The notes below the pieces were generated by a model. It searched no databases. It was not told the origin of the DNA and saw only the letters and a list, made by a program, of their open reading frames with translations. Below, in pieces: positions 10,620 through 22,305 of a stretch of 64,000 nucleotides of DNA. A program made the position numbers and the translations under genes. Location of the stretch: NCBI GenBank assembly GCA_013416795.1, contig RQSC01000026.1, forward strand, positions 667,213-731,212, written 5' to 3'. The first letter of the stretch is position 1; the number at the start of each line of letters is the position of its first letter. Source of the stretch: Prasinococcaceae sp. CCMP 1430. Its lineage: Eukaryota; Plantae; Prasinodermophyta.

Positions 10620-12965
10620 TCACTGCGGCGCCCCGAAGACCGTACCTGCGCACACGTAGGGCGCGCGTTGCGCCCCCGCCTCAACCTCGCCCTCGGGGTG
10701 GGTGCGATAGCCCCATGTGTACACAGCGATCTCGTTCGCAGCTACGACGCCACTGCGGCTGTCCGTGGTGTGCTGGACGCCGTGGCCATGCGTGCACTCG
10801 ACGAGAGCAGCTGTGTGGGTATTGCCTGCCGCCACAGCACGTAGCGCACCGAGAGAGCCGCCTTCGAGCAACGCCATCGGCTCGTGACGTTCCAGCGCGC
10901 CCTCGGCGCGGCGCGGGCGCGGGTAAGCTTCGCCAAAGCCGTTGGCACCCCATGCGTAGCCGCATGGAAGAGGAGGCTCGCGCCCGATGCGTCTGCTGGG
11001 TGAAACCGCCACGACTGACGTGTAGTCATAGCCTGCGCTGACGGCGATGGCATCGAGCAGCGGTGAGTTGCTCTCACTGCCAGCGTCGCTGCCATCGTCC
11101 TCCTCAGTTGCGCTCCCATCGTCCTCGTCGTCTTCCCTGGCGGCGGCGGCGCCCTCACCTCTATCAGCGCCGCAACATGTCGGGCCGGGAAGCACCGGGT
11201 TCCGTGGCGTTCGCGATGGTACGCAACTGACGACGGCCTCATCGCTCTCCATCTGTCGCGCGAGCATGGAAGCGCTGGCACCGACCGGCGTCGGCGCCCT
11301 CAGCTGCCCTAGGTGCCGCGCCGACCCGAGCAGTCGCCTGGGGCGCAGGCCGCACTGCCCGTCCTCGTTGGCGCCCCATGCCCATACCACTCCCCGCGCG
11401 TCCACGCAAGCGCCATGCGTGGCGCCGAGAGAGAATCCCACCACGCGCCTCCCGTTCGCAGGTGGGGTCCTGCATCCTTCGCAGGGTGGTCGGCCAATTG
11501 CGCGCGTGTGCTCCCCACGGCCGCATGCATCCGCGTTCTGGTCGCTGACGTCGCCAAGGTCGCTGCTGCGCGTGCTACTGCGATCACTACCATCAGCGTC
11601 ATGACCGCTTCCGCTCGCGTCGCCGCCGCTGTAGCCACGTGGCTGCGCTGCTTTGGCGCCCAAGTGCCGCGCAGCAGAGGCGCCGTCGCCCTGCGCCGAT
11701 AGCGAACGCAGCTGCCTCACCGCTGCGCTGTACCAGCCACCGCCGAGAGAGTGGAGGCAGCGCCTCACGCGGCTGCCTGTCGGTAGCGCCAGCGCTTCTT
11801 TGCCGATGCGCACGCGCTGCGGCGTTGCAGGAGGCCCCTCTCGGCCCAGCAGCCTGCGCGCGCTTTGCATGTTGTTGGACGGCTCAAGCGCGCTGCCCCA
11901 AGTGTAGAGGTCGCCGCGGGCAGTCAGAGCGCCTGCCGCGTACGCGTCGGGCACCTTTGCGAGCGCGATCGCCAGCACCGCCTCGGAGGGAGGCGCGTCC
12001 GTGTACGCGCGTGGGGACACGGGCGTGCTGTTGTCGCAAAGGCCCGAATACATGCGCGCGCGCGCCGTGCGCAGTGCGTTCCGGAGCCGGTCGTCCGGTG
12101 CAGGCGTCCATTGCAGCGCGCCGTCCGGCGCAAGCCCCCAGGCCAGCAGCGTGGCGTCGCATAGCAGCGCCAGCGACGAGCAATGTCCCGCGGCAATGGC
12201 AACCACGCGCCTGCGTGCGTTCGATTCGGTGCCATCGGTGCGCGCGCATACCTCGCCGGCGCCCTCGACCCACATCGGCAGCGCAGCGGGGCGCAGCTCC
12301 CAGCCGGCGGTGGGTCTCGCGTTTGTCGGCGGAGCCCCGATGCCGCGCTGGCCGCGCGCATTGCTGCCGCAGCTCAGCACCGCGCCGTCAGATGCTAGCA
12401 CCAGCGTAAAGTCGTTGCCACACGCCACAGACAATGCTTCTCTCGGGGCGCCCACCTTGCGCGGCAGCGGCGGGAGGTCCAGCGTGTGCCTCACGCCCGG
12501 TGGCACGTGCCGCCCCGCTCGCGCGTGCGCCGCGCCGCACTGTCCCTCGGTGTTGTTCCCGAAGAGCCACACTGTTGCCGCAGTATCACCCGGCGCCATA
12601 CGGCCGAGCACGGCCGTGTGACCTCCACCGGTGGATGTATGGCCGCCGCCTACGCTCAGTGACACTCCGGCGGCTTGCTTCGCACCGATCAGCCCCACTG
12701 CGCCTGCTGACCCCACCGGCGTGGCGAGGACGTCCATACGTTCGGCAGCGCGCAGCACGCCACACCAGCTCTCCGAGCCGCGCCCGCGCGGCTCGAGGGC
12801 GGGCGTGCCGCGCGCCGCGCAGGCCGCCACCGCCCTGCGCCGCGCACACTGCTCAGCGAGGGCGCGCGAGCTGCGGGACGCCGCTGACACGCGCGCGAGG
12901 TCGCGGCTGGGCAGGTAGTCGCAGACGAGGAAGACCACGTCCGTTGGAAGCGCGAGCAACGGCAT
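10620..12965 (-). CDS. F-box protein with RCC1 repeats
   Basis: LLALPTDVVFLVCDYLPSRDLARVS (F-box). RCC1 motifs VACGNDFTLVLASDGAVLSCGSNARGQRG, LGATHGACVDARGVVWAWGANEDGQCG and VAAGNTHTAAL. Confidence 0.85.
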   Translation of the reverse strand: MPLLALPTDVVFLVCDYLPSRDLARVSAASRSSRALAEQCARRRAVAACAARGTPALEPRGRGSESWCGVLRAAERMDVLATPVGSAGAVGLIGAKQAAGVSLSVGGGHTSTGGGHTAVLGRMAPGDTAATVWLFGNNTEGQCGAAHARAGRHVPPGVRHTLDLPPLPRKVGAPREALSVACGNDFTLVLASDGAVLSCGSNARGQRGIGAPPTNARPTAGWELRPAALPMWVEGAGEVCARTDGTESNARRRVVAIAAGHCSSLALLCDATLLAWGLAPDGALQWTPAPDDRLRNALRTARARMYSGLCDNSTPVSPRAYTDAPPSEAVLAIALAKVPDAYAAGALTARGDLYTWGSALEPSNNMQSARRLLGREGPPATPQRVRIGKEALALPTGSRVRRCLHSLGGGWYSAAVRQLRSLSAQGDGASAARHLGAKAAQPRGYSGGDASGSGHDADGSDRSSTRSSDLGDVSDQNADACGRGEHTRAIGRPPCEGCRTPPANGRRVVGFSLGATHGACVDARGVVWAWGANEDGQCGLRPRRLLGSARHLGQLRAPTPVGASASMLARQMESDEAVVSCVPSRTPRNPVLPGPTCCGADRGEGAAAAREDDEDDGSATEEDDGSDAGSESNSPLLDAIAVSAGYDYTSVVAVSPSRRIGREPPLPCGYAWGANGFGEAYPRPRRAEGALERHEPMALLEGGSLGALRAVAAGNTHTAALVECTHGHGVQHTTDSRSGVVAANEIAVYTWGYRTHPEGEVEAGAQRAPYVCAGTVFGAPQ

Positions 12966-13309
12966 CGGCTCCGCGCACTGTGCGTCCGCGCCGCCGCCGC
13001 GGTCAGTCGGCGCGCCCACGCCGCCCGGGCACAGCGCCGCGCTGCAAGCGCCGCCGTGCGCCGCGCCTGCGCTCCACCGGCGGCGGTGACGGCGGGCCAA
13101 GGGCGCCGCCGGAGCCGACGGACGAGAAAGCTGGACAGGGCGCCACCGCGTACGGATGGAATAGCTCGCTGTTGCGTTCGCTGTTCGTGCGCCAGCTGGG
13201 CGTGGGCACTGTTGGTCTGGCACTCTCTGCACCCAAGCTCGGGCCGCTGCTTCTTGTGAGCACCAGCACAACGGGTGGGGGGCTCGTCAGCACGTTTTTC
13301 ACCGCGCGG

Positions 13310-14179
13310 ATGGCCATCGCGGCCGCGGCGGGCGCGGTGGTGTTGGTGGCGTTGGGGAGAGCGCTCGAATCCTCGTCCAACCCGACGCTTGCCAACATCG
13401 CGCGCGAGACGGAGATCTTCGTTCTCGCGCTTTTCGGCGAGCGCGCTCGCCCGCTTGCGGTGGGCGCCGTGGCGCTCCCGCTCGTCCTTTTCACCGGGCT
13501 CACGGAGGAGATCGCATTCCGCGGGGTCATGTTTCCCTCGGTCGTGAACGCAGTCCCCCCCGCCGCCGGAGGCGCGGGGGTGCCGGGGCTCGTCGCGGGC
13601 GCACTGGTCTCGTCGTTTTTCTTCGGGCTCGCACACTGGGGCGGCGATCGCACGACGGAGGGCGCGGCGCTCGTGGCGCTCGAGGCGAGCTACGGCCTCG
13701 TCCTCGCGGCCACGTACGTCCTCAGTGGCTACAATTTGCTTGCCCCTATCATCGCGCACGCCGTGTACGATTGGGAGGCCATCGTCTTTCCCCACCTGCG
13801 CGTGTGCGACCGCATCGCATACGCCCGCGCCGGTGCTGGTGGCGCCTACGGCGAGGAGGGCATCGTCACGCGCGAGGCGCTGCGGACGGCTGCGGCAGCG
13901 GGGCAGAGCATGGCGGACGTCATGCGCGTGCGCGCGGCATACCTCCTCATAGACACTGACCAGAACGGGGCGGTCGACGCCGAGGAGCTGCGCGTGGCGC
14001 TTGCAGCCTTCGGCATCAAGGCCACCGCCGCCGAGTCCGACAAGCTCGCGCGCGCGTGGTCGACGGGCGGCACGGGGCAGCTCTCGTTCGACTCGTTCTA
14101 CAAGCTGCTGCTCTCGCTCGGCGTGGCCAACTCGCCAGAGGCCATGGTGCGCTCCCTGCTCGGCTCGCCAGGGCGCTGA
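13310..14179 (+). CDS. CPBP (CAAX protease II/Abi) intramembrane metalloprotease with C-terminal EF-hand; true start probably further upstream
   Basis: TEEIAFRG, FFGLAH and AHAVYD CPBP motifs; EF loop DTDQNGAVDAEEL. The frame is open and coding-like back to ~12960. Confidence 0.85.
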   Translation: MAIAAAAGAVVLVALGRALESSSNPTLANIARETEIFVLALFGERARPLAVGAVALPLVLFTGLTEEIAFRGVMFPSVVNAVPPAAGGAGVPGLVAGALVSSFFFGLAHWGGDRTTEGAALVALEASYGLVLAATYVLSGYNLLAPIIAHAVYDWEAIVFPHLRVCDRIAYARAGAGGAYGEEGIVTREALRTAAAAGQSMADVMRVRAAYLLIDTDQNGAVDAEELRVALAAFGIKATAAESDKLARAWSTGGTGQLSFDSFYKLLLSLGVANSPEAMVRSLLGSPGR

Positions 14180-14646
14180 GAGGCCGCCGCCGCGCACTCG
14201 AGTAGCGTCGACCGCTCCGCCTTAGGCGCCTCGAGCCCCCGACGGGGCCGCGGGAGACGCGCGTTCGGCAGAGGCTCGTTTCGTTCAACGTGGACAGATG
14301 TCAGATAACGATGACATGCACAGCAGTAGCCCACCACGTCCTGGTGCTACTGTAGTTACTGTAGTCCCACTAGTTGAGTGACAACTGTACGTCCTGTACA
14401 TGTACAGCACGCACGAACCCCAACCATATTTGAGGTCAAAGGGTCCCAAAAAACGCGATGCCGTACAGTAACTGTAGATGTGCACGCATGCTCGTGGTGC
14501 CGGCCCGCACGCATTGCATGCGCTGAGTGCGCCCCGAGATCTGGGCGCCCAAAAATCTGCGGCGCGCGCGAAAACGGCGTCGGCGTCCCCCTCCGATGCG
14601 GGCGGGCGCGCGGGCGGGGCACACCCGCGGCGGCGCGCGCGGGCGT

Positions 14647-14648
<2 letters not shown>

Positions 14649-14700
<52 letters not shown>

Positions 14701-14891
14701 AAGGCGTGCGTGCGCGCGCGGGCGTGTCCCTCCCCCACCCACCCCATCCCACCCCGCCCACACCTCCCCCTTCTCCCTCTGCAAGGAGGCCTAGGGGCAG
14801 GCGCCCTCTGCTTGGCCGCAGGAGGACGGATCGAAGCGGCCGGGTTCACGAGCGCGCGCTCCGATCCGCGCGGGGGGCCGCTGCAGACGCG

Positions 14892-14928
<37 letters not shown>
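14649..14928. repeat. Poly-C (14649-14698) and poly-G (14893-14928) homopolymer tracts
   Basis: Directly visible; lengths unreliable. Confidence 0.8.
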
Positions 14929-14930
<2 letters not shown>

Positions 14931-14971
14931 CTGGGAAGGCGGCCAAAGCACAGACGAGGTCGGGGTATGGG

Positions 14972-17900
14972 ATGGCGTGCAGCGCGGCACCGCTCGCCCT
15001 GGCCGATGCCCGCGCCAAGTACGAAGGCTCGCGGGTGCTGAAGCGCTTTGGCGAGGAGCTCTACGGCGGCGTGTGCGACGAGGTCTGGGCGGACGACAAC
15101 GACGGCGGCGCGCTCGTGTTCCATGTGACATACGACGACGGAGATGCGGAGGATGTGGACGCCGACGAATTTGCGGAGCTGTGCGAACGCGCCGCTGAGC
15201 GTGCCAAGAAGAATGCGCCCATGGACGCCGACGAATTCGCGGAGCTGTGCGAAGACGCCGCTGAGCACGCCCGGAAGAGTGACGCCGCTGAGCCCGCCCA
15301 GAAGAGTGACGCCGCTGAGCATGCCCAGAAGGATGCGGGCAATGGCACACCCGAGTTCGCGGCCAAGCCCGAGGACACGCCGCCCGCTCCAGGGGGCAAG
15401 CAGAGGGTCGCGGTGCCGCGCTCTCCCGCGCCAGCGGCTGCGCAGCGCCTCCTGGTGGACCTCTCGAATTCGAGCCCACGGAAGGCTGACGCAAGCGACG
15501 CCGGGCCCGCTGCTGCCGGCGATCTGGATGGCGCGGATGGCGACGGGGTGCAGGAGGCGATTGATGGAACCGCAGGCGACACCGAGACACCACCGAAGCG
15601 TCCGCGCCGCCAGGCTGCTGCGCGGGGCTTGTCCCAAGCGGCGCTCCGCGAGGCCCAGGCCGCGCAGATCGAGGAGATGTTGGAGGACGAAAAGTCGCAC
15701 AAGAGGCGACGGCTTGCGGCGGTGGGCAACGGCGTGGGTGGTCAGCGTAGTGGCAGCGGTGACGACGACGACAGCGATAGCAGCAGCGATGAAGACGACA
15801 TCGTCATACTGGACGACAGCGACGCACCTGAGGCAGAGGAGCAGGAGTACTCCTACACGCAGGATGCGTACTTGAACCCAGGCAAGTCGCGTCACGTGCC
15901 CTTTCCCCCATGGTCGACCAGCGCGGCCGCCAGCATGCCGCGCCCTCGCATGCCGCTGTTGGCGCACGAACGCCGTGCCGCTCATGCGAGGGGTGAGTTG
16001 CCGCAGCAGGCACAGGGCTCGCACTGGGATGGTGCCACAAAGGACGTGCGAGTGTGGCTGCCAGTGCACAAGGACGTCGCGCTGCGCCACGAACGCAGCT
16101 GTGTTTGCTGCATGTGCTTGGCGGGAACCTCGCACGGCCGGAAGAATGCAAGTACGCGCAGTTCCAGCAGCGAGGCCGAGCTCGACGAGCTGTGGCGTGA
16201 CATCCAACGCGCTGAGCGCGAGGATGGCGCCGTATTCGTCGGCAGGAAGGAAGCCGAGAAGTCGGGCTGGAGCGAGGGGTCGGGCACCCACTGGACGGAG
16301 CACTACCGCATGGTGACCCGCATGCGCTTCGGGCTCGAGTTTGACAGCGACAAGGACGGCCCACATCCTAGTGTGCTCAAGCTCTGGCAGAACGTGCCCA
16401 CCGAGCCGAAGGAGCTCATGGGCCACGCCGTCCTGCCACCATGGTACATTGGCTTCAAGGAAGATTCGGCCCCTGAACAGAAGGCGCGGCGCGCGGCGCG
16501 CGCGGCCGTAGCGCGCTACCGCGAGCTCGAAGACGACGCACGGGGCATGGAAGCAGACCGCGCGGCCTCGCACTCGAAGAAAAAGAATGCGCTGCGCGCG
16601 ACTGCCAAGCGACCTGACCTGAAGGCGTTCAACATGATGCGCGAGGAGGAGCGCTGCCTCGACAACGAGGCGCGCGTCAAGTGCGCGGGAGGTGGCGAGC
16701 GCCAATTCACGAAGGTGGGAACGCTGCCAGGAGTGCCCGTGGGCACCACGTGCAGCTCGCGCGCGGAGGCCTTCGCACTCGGGCTGCACTGCCACTGGCT
16801 GGGCGGGATGGTTGGCGGAAAGTGCAAGCTTGCACAGAGGAGGCAGAAGGGGCAACCGCAGGTGGAATACCTCGTGAGCATTACATCGAGCGGTGGCTAC
16901 GAGGGCGACGAGGACGGCGGCGACGTCATGACGTACACCGGCAGTGGCGGTAACGACATGCTGCACGACGCCAAGCAGGTCAGCGATCAGACGTTCACGA
17001 ACAAAAACGCCCAGCTCGCGAGCTCGGCTGAGCTCGGCCTGCCCATCCGTGTCATCCGCAAGCAGGCAGCGGGCTCCGGTTCCGGCCAGCACGGCCTGGG
17101 CCCGACTGGGCGCAAGGACGAGTACGTTTACGATGGGCTGTACGTGTGCACGCGCTACGTGTTGCAGTACGGCATTAGTGGCTACGTCGAGTGCAAGTAC
17201 CGCCTTGAAAGGTTACCCGGGCAGCCGCCCATCCAGTCCGGCAGCGTCCACTTCAATGCGATGGGTGGCGGCAGCAGCCCACTCCCCCCCTGGATGACGC
17301 CAGACAGGCGTGCGGGCTTCACGGGCGTGTGGGATATCACGCTCGGCCAGGGCTCGGTGCACCCCATTCCGGTCATCAACGAGTACCGCCACGCGGCGAT
17401 GCCCGTGCCTGTGCCCATCTTCCTCACTGCCGGCGCCACGCATCCGACCAACGAACATCAGAACGGCTTTAAGCCGTGGGACGAGGGAGCGGCTGTTCCC
17501 GACAACGCCATCGGCGAGAGCGCTTTCTATTACGCGGCCGAGCCCGTCCTAGCCGAGTGCGCCAAGGGGGCGGTCCACGAGACGCCTCCGGAAAACCTCG
17601 CGCTAGTGCAAAACGAGAAGTGCGTTCCAGCCAAGCTGTGCCTTTGGTGGCCGCGAACGAACACAGGCTCGAGCGACCTGTGGTCACGCGCGCAGATGCT
17701 CTTAGCCGCCTCCCCCGCCCGAACTCAACCACCCCCAGGCATCCGGCCGCCCCGGTGCCCGTCACGCATGGCATTCTGACAGAGCTGCTTCTATCCATCA
17801 ACACACGCTGCTACACGCCACTTCCCTCGCAGGTCGCTCCAGAAGCTCAACAACTCAAAGTTCCTGCCCTATGACGCGCGCGGCAACCTGCAGTGCAATG

Positions 17901-18553
17901 TCGCCACGGTGGTGTACGAGGGTCCGCGCAATGGACCCCAGAGTTGTCTCGGCAAAGACAAGCCAATTCACCTACGCCTCGAGGTCTACCGCACGGACAC
18001 ACGCGGCTGGGGCGTGCGCTGCTGGGATGTCATCCGGCCGGGCACATTTGTGGCCCCCTTCACTGGGCAAGTCTTTCTTTGCGACACAGCCGACGAGCGC
18101 AACAAAGCCGTGGGCGCTGACGTGGTTGGCTCAGAGGCGTACTACCAGGCGATGGAGTATCAATTCGATCTGGAGGTGAAGGCCGTTGACGTGCACCTCG
18201 ACATCGCCCAGACGCGGGATATGAGTCGCGAAGAGAGCGGGCCGACGGGCGAAGCCATCTTCAAGCAGAGCGGCCTCACGCGCGACCAGGTGAATGACGA
18301 CGGCTTCGTACTTGACGGCAAGTACCACGGCTCGGTCGCGCGCTTCATCAACCACAGCGACACGCCCAACCTCCAGATCCAGAACGTGCTCCTGCCCGAC
18401 AACCACGACTGCAGGCTGTGCCGCCTCGCGCTCTTCGCGCTCGAGCAGATTCCACCCATGACCGAGCTCACGTACTTTTACAGCGAGGACTACATGAAAA
18501 CACTTACGGAGCGTGGCAAGTACACGAGCGTCAAGAAAGTGGGCTCGCGCTGA
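14972..18553 (+). CDS. SUVH-like protein: N-terminal Tudor-like domain, SRA-YDG, degenerate pre-SET, SET; join(14972..17619,17833..18553), ~1122 aa
   Basis: FHVTYDDGDAED (Tudor-like); PGVPVG...SGGYEGDED...YTGSGG...YDGLY (SRA); RGWGVR...ARFINHS...ELTYFY (SET). The GTGCGT..CAG intron joins the two frames in phase. Confidence 0.88.
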
Positions 18554-18657
18554 TCGGCGGGGTCCACTTGAATGGCGTAAGTAATCACTGCGCACGTACA
18601 CACAATTTCTCTTGTACATGGAGGGGCGGCAATGCGATGCGACGTATCCCAGAGGGA

Positions 18658-21600
18658 TCAAGCGTCGTCCTCGGTGCCTGCAGGCGGTGGGGTGACATGG
18701 CGCTCGAGCCATTCCGCCTGCTCGGCGAGTGTGTGGAGGACCGATTCGCGCGCCCGGTAGGAGTGCGCTTCGTGTGGAAGCTGCACGAGCTTCACCTCGC
18801 ACCCATGGCCCTTGAGCGCCGCATACATGCGCTCGCTTTGGAGAGGGAACGTGCCGGTGTTGTTGTCGTCGTCGCCGTGCAGCAGGAGCACAGCTTTGTG
18901 CGGAGATTGAGGGCGGCGCAGTCGCCATGCATTGGTGTCAGCGCATCGCGCCGCGCGTTGCACGCGCACGCGCGCTGCTAGTCGACACTGGCGCGGGCAC
19001 GCTGGCGTGCAAGCGCGCGCGCGCGCGCGCGCGAGAAAGAGCGAGTTTGCGTGCGCGCGTGCACGCACGCTTCTTGATCTTGTCCGCAAATCGGAAGGGC
19101 GAGAGGTTGAAGTACACATCACGTGCCTTCCACAGGCTTCGTGTCTCGCCCTGAAATCCGAAGGGTGTGAGCGTCCTGGATGCGGTAGACGGCGCAGTCA
19201 GTCCTGTCAGCGCGTGGAGATGCATGATGCTGTTCTGATTTGCGACATTGCTGTGGGGCACTCCTTGCAAAAGTGCACGCGCCATCACCTACCTGTTGTA
19301 CGCCCCAGACCTGCAGATGGCGCACGAGAACAGGTCGCCCGCGTGCGCCAGCAGCGACATGGACATGTGCGCCCCGTAGCTGTGCCCCCCAACAGCAATG
19401 TGGCCGCGCTTGGCCACACCGCGCCGCTCAAGCTCCGCGACGGCTGCCTCTGCGCTCGATACGAGCTGTTCGATGTACGTGTCGTTTGCAGTTTCAGGGT
19501 CTTCCCCGTCCTTGGCGATGATCGGCATTGACGGGCCATTGAGGACCGCGTAACCCATCGACAAGAAGAGAAGGGGCGACAGATTTCCGATGCCCGAAAA
19601 GGTGTGAGGCGAGCCCCTCATTTGAGCTGCGGCGTCCGCGCTCTTGTACTCTCGCGGATACGCCCACAGCAACGTGGGCAGCGGGCCGTCCCGCGCGGGA
19701 TCGTGCCCAGGCGGCAGGTAGAGCGTACCGGTGAGGGTGACCCCATCCTCGCGCTCATAACGCAGGATCTCTTTGCTGTAATCCTTCAGGCTGGGATACG
19801 GATGCGGGAAGTCCGTGATTTGTATGCACTCACGCGCGGCTCCGTCTCCGATGGAGCAGATGGAGTACTGCGCCGGCTCCGTCTTAGACTCGCGCGAGAA
19901 GAGCACACGCAGGTTGTCGCGCGTGATCGGCGCATCGCCGGCGTCGCTGAGGATTGAGTTCACGCTCTCAAAGAACGGGGCCTCGCTCCTCCACAGCCTC
20001 TCCGTCTCCCCGCTCTCAATGTTGAGCAGGTCGAGAAATGGCCTGTCGCCCTCCGGGGAAGCCCCCGCCCCCGACATGAGCAGGTGCGTACCGTCCACGA
20101 GCGCAAGCGTGTACGTTCCTCGCTCCGTACGCCGCAGCATGGGGGAGCCGGGGCTCGTGTAGCGGTCCTCGTAATCCCTGTCGTGCAGCACACGCTTTTC
20201 ACCGGTGCGCGGGTCGAGCACCCAGCTCACACTTCGCTTGCTTCGCCACTCGCTCTCGTAGACGAGCGCGAGGTCGCCGCCTCCGCCCCACGCGATGCCA
20301 CCGTAGCGCAGGTCGGTCTGCACGAGCGTGCGCGGCTCGAGCGGCGCGGCCGCGCTGCGTGCCACCTCGTGCATGTCGAGCGAGAAGACCTCATCGCGCG
20401 GAGAAACCTCGACATTTGGGTCGCCCCCATCGCGGCACTCAGCCCACACGAGCTCGGCATCTTTGTCGGGGCGCCACTCGATCGAGCGCGGGCCCTCGCG
20501 CACGGCCCCATGGGCGATGGGGATCGCCTCGGCGAGCTCAAGCCGAGGCAGCGTGTGCACAACCTCGCCGCTGCTCGCGCACAGCACCTCCATGGTACGC
20601 GGGAAGCGCCCACAGGGCACGTTGTAGCTGAAGGGCCTCTCCATGCGCGCCACGAGCACGAACTTCCCGTCGGGGCTCGGCGCAAAGCTCGTGATCATGC
20701 CCTCCTCGCCGAATGGCGCGCTCTCGCCAGTGTGTATGTCAATCTTGACGAGCTGGCTGGTGGTGAGGTACTCGAGCGTGTCGCAGTCGACCTCGTCGCT
20801 TAACAGGTCCTGGTAGGTGCGCACCGGGGCGGCTTCTCCCGCGCCGCTCACCTGAATCTTCGGCCCGCTGGGCACCTCGGGGCGCGCCGGTGGGTGGTCC
20901 GCTTGGCCTTCGGGCACGGTGAGCGCCAGCAGCGTGCGCGCGCCGAGCCAGCCGAAGCTGTCAAACACGGTGTTCAGGCGCGACGCAGCCGCGAGCGGGC
21001 GTGCCTCGAAAGTCGGCGCGCCGTCCTGTGCCCCCTCGCCCAGCGCGCTCTCGACACTGGCCACGTGCAGTGCGAACGGCGAGCGCTCCGCGCCGGCCTC
21101 GACGCCGATGGTCGCGAACGCAACGTGCGCGCCGTCGGGGGCCCAGGCAAGAAAGTTGATGCCGTGACCCTCGGGAACGCCTCGCAGCGGGACCTCGTCG
21201 CCCACGCCGTCCGACGCGGTGCACAGCGTGGCCACGCCCATGTGCGTGTAGCTGGTCATGCGCGAGCGGCTGCGCACCTCCGGGTCGACGCGCAGCCCGG
21301 CGAGGCGTAGGTCGGGGCGCGCAAGGTGCGCGACCGACGGCATGCTCGGCCGGTGCAGGAACAGCACGGCGTCGCGCCGCGGCGAGAGGGACAGCGAAGG
21401 CGTGGGCTCCGACTCGACGATGTCCCTAATGGCATCCGGTGGGACGCGGTACCCGCCGTCCGACGCCTCGCCCTCCACCTCACTCGCGGCGGCAGCGCCG
21501 CCCGCGGCGGCGGTGGCGGCGGCAGCCGCGCGTGCCCCCCCCCCATCCGATCCGTCCGCCGGCCCACATCCGAACCCTGACTTCAAAACCGTAAAAATCG
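18658..21600 (-). CDS. Chloroplast glutamyl endopeptidase (S9 peptidase, cGEP-like); exons 21600?..19293, 19175..19069, 18893..18658; 5' end lies in noisy sequence
   Basis: GHSYGA nucleophile elbow; RSGAYNRTLTPFGFQ and LLLHGDDDNNTGTFPLQSERM...LPHEAH restored by two GT-AG introns. Confidence 0.92.
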
Positions 21601-22305
21601 CGCTGCGCCGCGTTGGGGTGTTGCACGTGCGCGTCGCCCACTTTTGAAATTTTGAATCGCGCGCGTTGCGTTCGTTTCGGTGCGCGCGAAACCAACCCCG
21701 CGCGTGCGAAAACGAAAAAAAAAACTTCGCCCGCGCGCGAAACCGAAACGGAAACGCCGCGGGGGCGCGCGCGCCGGCCGCCCCCATCGGAACGCACCCG
21801 CGCGCCCGCGGGCGTTCGCCGATCGGCCGCCCGCGAAAACGCCGCCCGGCCGCATTTTTTTTTGTTCGCGGGGCGCGGGCGCGCGCGAAAAACAAAAAAG
21901 GCGCCCCCGCCCCCACCCCGCGGGCCCACTCGCCGAAGGGGAAGGGAAAAAAGGAATTAAAAAAACGCGGCGCGGACGCGCGCGTTCCGCGATTTCGCGA
22001 GCCCCGCCGCCTTCGTTCCGCACTGCGTTCCGGCGGGCGCCCGAGCGGCGCGGGGACCGACAAAAAAAAACCAAAAAAAGGGAAGGGGGGCGAAGAAACG
22101 GGGCGATGCGGCGGCCGGGCGGCGCGCCACAGCCGGCTCTCGCGCGCCGCCGCGGGGGCGCGCGCGGGGCGCCCCACCCGCTGCATTCCCCTCCCCCCCT
22201 CCCTCTTTCCGAAGGGAGGAGGACCTCCCTCGCCGCCCGCTCGGAGGGCGCGTCCCGCGGGGAGGGGCGCGCGCACGCGCGCGCGCGCGCGCACCGGTGG
22301 CGACC

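Noticed and set aside
10620-12965. F-box + RCC1 as a novel architecture
   Set aside because: The combination is already known (e.g. human FBXO24, yeast Saf1).
21590-22260. Apparent 1001-aa N-terminally extended cGEP ORF and odd A/T-run-rich sequence
   Set aside because: The homopolymer-inflated pattern looks like uncorrected long-read fill (similar at 33460-33843 and 60170-60310); its translation is not trustworthy.
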